NCBI GenBank assembly: GCA_963740355.1 | Contig: CAVUDW010000003.1 | Span: 832,001 to 896,000, forward strand | Origin: an uncultured Gemmatimonadaceae bacterium | GTDB lineage: Bacteria; Gemmatimonadota; Gemmatimonadetes; Gemmatimonadales; Gemmatimonadaceae | Reading direction: 5' to 3' | Length of the DNA: 64,000 nucleotides | Notes under the pieces: model-generated | Databases searched by the model: none | The model's input: the letters and a program-made list of their open reading frames with translations, nothing else | Told to the model about the DNA's origin: nothing | In this document: in pieces, positions 59,148 to 64,000 of the stretch | Numbering within the stretch: the stretch's first letter is position 1 | Layout: each line of letters begins with the position of its first letter | Position numbers and translations under genes: made by a program

Positions 59148-60451
59148 GTGCCAGCGAACAGGTTTGTGATGGCTGCGGCACGCGGTACACCGCGCGAGAT
59201 GCTCGCGTGGAATGCGCTGCGTGTTGTGGGCTGCTGCACCTCGAGCATCCGCAGCCGCCCACCTGCGCCAGCGCGCTGCGAGAATTTTTCGACGCACGAC
59301 TGACGCCGGCGCGCTCACCGCAGGGCACTGGGCCGGGCAACTCCGGTGTCTGGCGCTTTCGAGAGTTGATCATGCCCGGCGTCACCGATGCCGAACTGGT
59401 GACACAGGGTGAAGGCAACACGCCCCTGTTCGCGCGTCCGCGTGTTGCCGCCTGGGCTGGGGTGGACGACCTGCTGTTGAAGCACGAAGGCCACAACCCG
59501 ACCGGTTCGTTCAAGGATCGTGGCATGACGGTCGCAATCACGCAGGCCAAGCGCATCAGCGCCTCCGCCGTGGCGTGCGCATCCACCGGCAATACCTCCT
59601 CCGCCCTGGCGTCGTATGCCGCACTGGCCGGCTTGCGCGGACTCGTGCTGGTGCCGCAGGGCAAGGTCGCACTGGGCAAGTTGTCACAGACGATCGCGTA
59701 TGGTGCCCAGACACTGCTGGTGCGCGGTGACTTCGATGACTGCCTGCGCCTGGCGCGCGAATCGTCCGAGCAGCTGGGGGTCTATCTCGCGAACTCGATC
59801 AACCCGTGGCGGCTGGAAGGGCAGAAGACCATCATCTACGACCTGCTGCAGCAGTTGCAGTGGCACTCACCCGACTGGCTGGTGTTACCGGCGGGGAATC
59901 TCGGCAATACCTCGGCATTCGGCGCCGCATTGCGTGATGCCATGCGACTCGGGCTGATCACTCGCGTTCCGCGTCTCGCCTGTGTCCAGGCTGCGGGCAG
60001 CGCACCGTTCGCCGCCAGCTTTCGGGAAGGCTTCGCCACGCGTCACGTCGTGCGCGCGGAAACCATCGCGACCGCAATTCGCATCGGTGATCCCGCCAGT
60101 TATGATCGCGCGGTGCGGGCCATCCAGGAGACGGACGGCGTCGTGTTGTCAGTGTCGGATGCCGAAATTCTCGAGGCGAAGGCGATCGTCGACGCCAGCG
60201 GTGTGGGCTGCGAACCTGCCAGCGCCGCCTCGGTGGCGGGCACACGCGCTCTCGTGCGCGATGGCATCATCAAGCCAAGTGATCGCGTGGTGGCGCTGCT
60301 CACCGGTCACATGCTCAAGGATCCCGAAGTGATGCTCGCCTATCATCGTGAAATGGAACCGCCACCACCGTTCGCCAACCGCAGCATCGAGATCGAGGCG
60401 ACGCTCGCCGACATGGAGCGGGTGCTGCGCGGCACACCGGAGTCGATGTGA
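59144..60451 (+). CDS. thrC: Threonine synthase
   Basis: GEGNTP, NPTGSFKDRG, CASTGNT, PAGNLGN, EPASA. Confidence 0.95.
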   Translation: MSASEQVCDGCGTRYTARDARVECAACCGLLHLEHPQPPTCASALREFFDARLTPARSPQGTGPGNSGVWRFRELIMPGVTDAELVTQGEGNTPLFARPRVAAWAGVDDLLLKHEGHNPTGSFKDRGMTVAITQAKRISASAVACASTGNTSSALASYAALAGLRGLVLVPQGKVALGKLSQTIAYGAQTLLVRGDFDDCLRLARESSEQLGVYLANSINPWRLEGQKTIIYDLLQQLQWHSPDWLVLPAGNLGNTSAFGAALRDAMRLGLITRVPRLACVQAAGSAPFAASFREGFATRHVVRAETIATAIRIGDPASYDRAVRAIQETDGVVLSVSDAEILEAKAIVDASGVGCEPASAASVAGTRALVRDGIIKPSDRVVALLTGHMLKDPEVMLAYHREMEPPPPFANRSIEIEATLADMERVLRGTPESM

Positions 60452-61389
60452 TCGTTCGTCGTGCGTCGGTGCGCGTTCCGGCCAGCACATCGAATCTCGG
60501 TGGTGGATTCGACTGCGTTGGCATGGCGGTCGATCGCTGGTTGCAGGCGACTGTCGTGCTCGACCCTTCGCGGCCGGGGGTCACCATGGCGCGCGGCGGC
60601 TTGCTCGCATCGCTCCAGTGCGATCCGCTGCAGGACCTGGTGTACGAAGGTTTCGTGGCCGCCTGTGAACGTGCCGGCATCGCCATCCCGCCGGGCGTGG
60701 CCTTCGATGTCACCAGTACGATCCCGGTGGCACGTGGGCTCGGCTCATCCGCCGCAGCGCTGGTGGCTGGCGCCGCGCTGGCGGATGCAGCGCTGCAGTT
60801 GGCACTCGGCCGTGACGGCGTCGCGACGCTGGTGTCACAGATCGAGGGGCATCCGGACAACGCCGCACCAGCTGCCTTTGGCGGCGCGATGCTGGGGGTC
60901 GCACGTGACGACGCGACCCCGACTTCGCCCGCGACCTACGCATTCTCGTCGCTGACGGTGCACGAGTCGCTGGCGTTCGTTTTCGCGGTGCCACCATTCG
61001 AGGTGACGACGGCCGCCGCGCGTGCCGTCCTGCCGTCACATGTGTCATTCGGCGACGCCGTCAGCGCCGTGCAGCGTAGTGCGGCCCTGGTACATGGCCT
61101 GGCCACGGGCGACGCAGACTTGCTGGCGCGCGCACTGGATGACGTCCTGCACGTGCCCTACAGACGACACCTGATTCCGGGCTACGACGAAGTCGTGAGC
61201 GCGGCCCGTGCCGCTGGGGCATTCGGCGCCACGCTCAGCGGAAGCGGATCGGCCATGGTAGCCATCGGCCGACCGATGGAAGCGAACAGAATCGCAGTTG
61301 GCATGTCCGACGCGTTCGCCACGCTGGGCCACACCGTGGACACCCTCGTCACGGCGGGCGTGGTGCCTGGGCTGCAGACGGCCGGATAG
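60448..61389 (+). CDS. thrB: Homoserine kinase
   Basis: PASTSNLGGGFD, IPVARGLGSSAA, EGHPDN, LSGSG. Confidence 0.95.
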   Translation: MIVRRASVRVPASTSNLGGGFDCVGMAVDRWLQATVVLDPSRPGVTMARGGLLASLQCDPLQDLVYEGFVAACERAGIAIPPGVAFDVTSTIPVARGLGSSAAALVAGAALADAALQLALGRDGVATLVSQIEGHPDNAAPAAFGGAMLGVARDDATPTSPATYAFSSLTVHESLAFVFAVPPFEVTTAAARAVLPSHVSFGDAVSAVQRSAALVHGLATGDADLLARALDDVLHVPYRRHLIPGYDEVVSAARAAGAFGATLSGSGSAMVAIGRPMEANRIAVGMSDAFATLGHTVDTLVTAGVVPGLQTAG

Positions 61390-61482
61390 CCGCGACGGGG
61401 CGCTGGCCAAAAGGCGGATGGTGGCAGAAACTCCTGCAGCCGACATTCCGTAGAGCGATCAACCCCTCACATCGGTGTCGTC

Positions 61483-61704
61483 ATGCTGACTGCCCTGCTC
61501 CGCCTCTTCGCACTCCGCCCGATCCTTGCCGGCTCGCTGCTTGGCATCCCGATCCTGACGTTGATTCTGCTCGGTCTGGCCGTGTCACTGCTGCTCAAGG
61601 TGGTGCTTTTCATCGTGTTGCCGATCACGCTGGGCTACCTGCTGTTGCGTGCCCTTCGCGGCGTGCGCTCGGTTCGCGCTGACGACGCACCGCAGACGTT
61701 GTAG
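61483..61704 (+). CDS. Small hydrophobic membrane protein
   Basis: 73 aa, mostly hydrophobic, fills the gap after thrB; no family recognised. Confidence 0.55.
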   Translation: MLTALLRLFALRPILAGSLLGIPILTLILLGLAVSLLLKVVLFIVLPITLGYLLLRALRGVRSVRADDAPQTL

Positions 61705-61795
61705 AGGCGCAGAGGTCGCTGCGGTCGTGCGCGTCCCACTGACGCGCGCGGCCACGAACCATACGCACGACCCAAACGCACGGACGCACGAACAC

Positions 61796-61835
61796 CGCCC
61801 GCACTCCGATCACGTCGGAGCGCGGGCGTTTTGTT
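61796..61835. terminator. Terminator hairpin between convergent small genes
   Basis: CGCCCGCACTCCGA...TCGGAGCGCGGGCG-TTTTGTT. Confidence 0.7.
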
Positions 61836-61963
61836 CACTGGAAGATGTGGAAGTGGCCGAGCACCCACCACAGCACGAGGAAAATGAGCACCGTGCTGAA
61901 ACAGCCGCCGCCCAACTTCTTCGCGCCATATCCGGCCGCGACTCCACGCAACAGCTTGCTCAT
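61835..61963 (-). CDS. 42-aa small membrane protein
   Basis: GGAG RBS; MSKLLRGVAAGYGAKKLGGGCFSTVLIFLVLWWVLGHFHIFQ; terminator follows. Confidence 0.65.
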   Translation of the reverse strand: MSKLLRGVAAGYGAKKLGGGCFSTVLIFLVLWWVLGHFHIFQ

Positions 61964-62093
61964 CGTCTGACTCCACTCGAGAAGAAAGGCCCCGCTGGCG
62001 TATACGCACCGTTGCCGGCATCGGCACGGTCCGCACGTTGCATACGTTGTTCGTTGATCCAGCAAGAACACGCGTCCAGCAGGGAGTTGCATC

Positions 62094-62888
62094 ATGCACT
62101 ACGTCCGTCACCAACAGCGGGATTCGATTCCGCTTGCCGCACCACTCCTGCTCGCCCTCGGATCGCTTGGGTTGTTCGCGATCGTCTGGCGTCGTACTAC
62201 TGCACCTCGCCTTGCGCAGCCGCGCGCCCGGCGCGTTCCGGCGGCGTCACCGTCCGCACCTGGCAGGCCGCAGTTCGTACCACGCGCACCCGCATCGCCC
62301 GAGGCGGTCGCCGCCGGTTCGCACCAGACCGCAGAGAGCGGCACGGGAGCGCTGGTGCATCGGCAATACGAGATCACACTCGAACTCCATCAGCTACTCC
62401 CGGCCGACATGCTGCGCCTGATGCAGCGACACATCACCGAGCTCGCGCCATCGGCGCTCGCGAACTTCGAGAAGACCGCCGGCTCCGAGACCATCTTTCG
62501 CGTCGGCGATGAATACGACATCACGATGCTGGGCCCGTGGAACGGCCGGGTTCGCGTCGCCGAACTGACACCGGACTCATTCACCCTCGTCACACTCGAC
62601 GGGCATCCTGAATCTGGGCACATCACCTTCAGCAGCAGGCACTCCGACGCACTCGACGGTTCCGTCACGGTGATGATCGAATCGTGGGCGCGTTCGCGGG
62701 ATGCTGTCGTGCACGCCGCGTACTCCACGCTCCGGATCGGCAAGCAGGTGCAGGCTGAAGTCTGGATCACCTTCCTCCAGCGCCTCAGCGCACTGGCCGG
62801 CGCGACCGAGACACCGCAGGTTCGCATCACGACCGAGGAGATTCCATCCGCAGCGCCAACCACCGAGCCCGCCGCACGTGACGCCTGA
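62094..62888 (+). CDS. DUF1990-like protein with N-terminal TM
   Basis: GPWNGRVRV, FTLVTLDGHPESGHITF, IESWARS; GGGAG RBS. Confidence 0.7.
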   Translation: MHYVRHQQRDSIPLAAPLLLALGSLGLFAIVWRRTTAPRLAQPRARRVPAASPSAPGRPQFVPRAPASPEAVAAGSHQTAESGTGALVHRQYEITLELHQLLPADMLRLMQRHITELAPSALANFEKTAGSETIFRVGDEYDITMLGPWNGRVRVAELTPDSFTLVTLDGHPESGHITFSSRHSDALDGSVTVMIESWARSRDAVVHAAYSTLRIGKQVQAEVWITFLQRLSALAGATETPQVRITTEEIPSAAPTTEPAARDA

Positions 62889-63540
62889 GCGTGTGACTCT
62901 CAATGACAAGGTGACGCTCGACGATCGTGTGCTGGCGAGGCTGGTGGCGATCGCTGCGATGGAGCCGACCGTCGACCTGGCGAAGCGGGACAGCTACGTC
63001 GCAGCGGCGGGTTGGAACGTCGACTCACGCGAAGCCGCGTTGCTCTCCGAACTGCCTGGACCACCAGCGGCGGCAGGGCCATTCGTTGCCGCGCGCAGCA
63101 TCCTCGAACGATACGCCTTCCCGCCACGACGCCTGATTCGTGGCACATTCGATCCGGACGCACCACTGGACGGTCGCGCGATGCTGCTGACGGCGACCTT
63201 CCTCTGGATGACGTTCGAATTGCCCGTGAGGGTCAGTCGCGTGATCGACATGGTGCGCGATGGTGCTGCCGGTCCCGAGCAGGTGTGGGGCTACAGCTAC
63301 CAGACGCTCGCCGGTCATATCGAGCGAGGAGAAATCACGTTCGAAATCGTCAAACAGCTCGCAACGGGTGCGATCGCCTTTCGCATTCACTCGTTCTCGC
63401 AGACCGGCCACATCGCCAATCCGATTCATCGTATCGGCTTCCGTCTCGTCGGTCGGCGGCTGCAGCGCCGGTTCGCCGAAGAGTCATTGCACAACATGCA
63501 GTTGATGGTCGCAAGCAGCGTCGCTGACGCCTCGACGTAA
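62878..63540 (+). CDS. DUF1990 family protein
   Basis: WGYSYQTLAGHIERGEITF, FRIHSFS; overlaps the previous stop. Confidence 0.78.
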   Translation: MTPERVTLNDKVTLDDRVLARLVAIAAMEPTVDLAKRDSYVAAAGWNVDSREAALLSELPGPPAAAGPFVAARSILERYAFPPRRLIRGTFDPDAPLDGRAMLLTATFLWMTFELPVRVSRVIDMVRDGAAGPEQVWGYSYQTLAGHIERGEITFEIVKQLATGAIAFRIHSFSQTGHIANPIHRIGFRLVGRRLQRRFAEESLHNMQLMVASSVADAST

Positions 63541-63788
63541 CACAGCGACACCACCGTGGAAGCTGCACGATCCATCCACGTCGAGCCACGAACACGTCGA
63601 GCAACGCGCAGACAACTCCGCGGGCCCCAGACGCCACAGAGCACACACCGCACGCGATCTCGGTAATCGCGACGGTGTGTGACTCGGTGTTTCACCAACG
63701 GTTCTGGGCCGACGGTTTTCTCGAGCGGTGTTCACCAGCAGGTGCAACCGTGGCGCACGACAATCCAGTCCACGCGCCGCCGGACGAT

Positions 63789-63965
63789 CTATGTGGAAAT
63801 CTTGCGCCCGGTCACCAGCCCGACCAGCAGCGCGATGACGGCAAAGACGACGAAGACCATGAACAGCGTCTTCGCAATGCCTGCCGAGGCAGACGCGATA
63901 CCGCCAAAGCCGAAAACGCCGGCGATGAGGGCCAGTACCAGGAATGAAAAAGCCCAGCGAAGCAT
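63789..63965 (-). CDS. DUF1328 (UPF0391) small membrane protein
   Basis: [35 protein letters not shown]...; 58 aa, below the ORF-track cutoff; GGAGAG RBS. Confidence 0.9.
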   Translation of the reverse strand: MLRWAFSFLVLALIAGVFGFGGIASASAGIAKTLFMVFVVFAVIALLVGLVTGRKIST

Positions 63966-64000
63966 TTGTGTCTCTCCGTTCAGTGTTGATGCGTGTCGTT

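Overview
High-GC bacterial chromosomal segment, by gene content and style most like a Gemmatimonadota (Gemmatimonas-type) genome (inference). It holds about 50 protein genes: peptide and amino-acid metabolism (M24, M20 and M55 peptidases, OPT transporter, PLP decarboxylase, RidA, Tat-signal threonine aldolase, thrA-thrC-thrB), two VPS10/BNR beta-propeller proteins, a TetR-controlled TolC/MFP/RND pump, an ECF sigma/anti-sigma pair, and NadR-like, HD-GYP and hybrid kinase genes. I saw no rRNA, tRNA, CRISPR array, integrase or transposase. Four things stand out. (1) A BlaI / M56-HEAT / HEAT-lipoprotein / ABC exporter module (13557-22410) has four copies of a TG(C/T)TGA-N4-TCAGCA-like operator, and both HEAT proteins end in the same Pro/Arg-rich tail (PWPQPRPRP(RP)FP-stop). 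(2) A patchwork region (about 7400-13830) contains a rifampin ADP-ribosyltransferase, attC-like relics, three orphan gene 3' ends, and a 261-bp element with nested perfect inverted repeats that abuts a duplicated ABC-ATPase 3' end. (3) A DUF305 gene precedes two tandem His/Cys-rich LVIVD propeller genes, possibly a periplasmic metalloenzyme system. (4) One helix-hairpin-helix protein resembles an uncharacterised eukaryotic family. All family calls come from motif recognition by eye; no searches were run.
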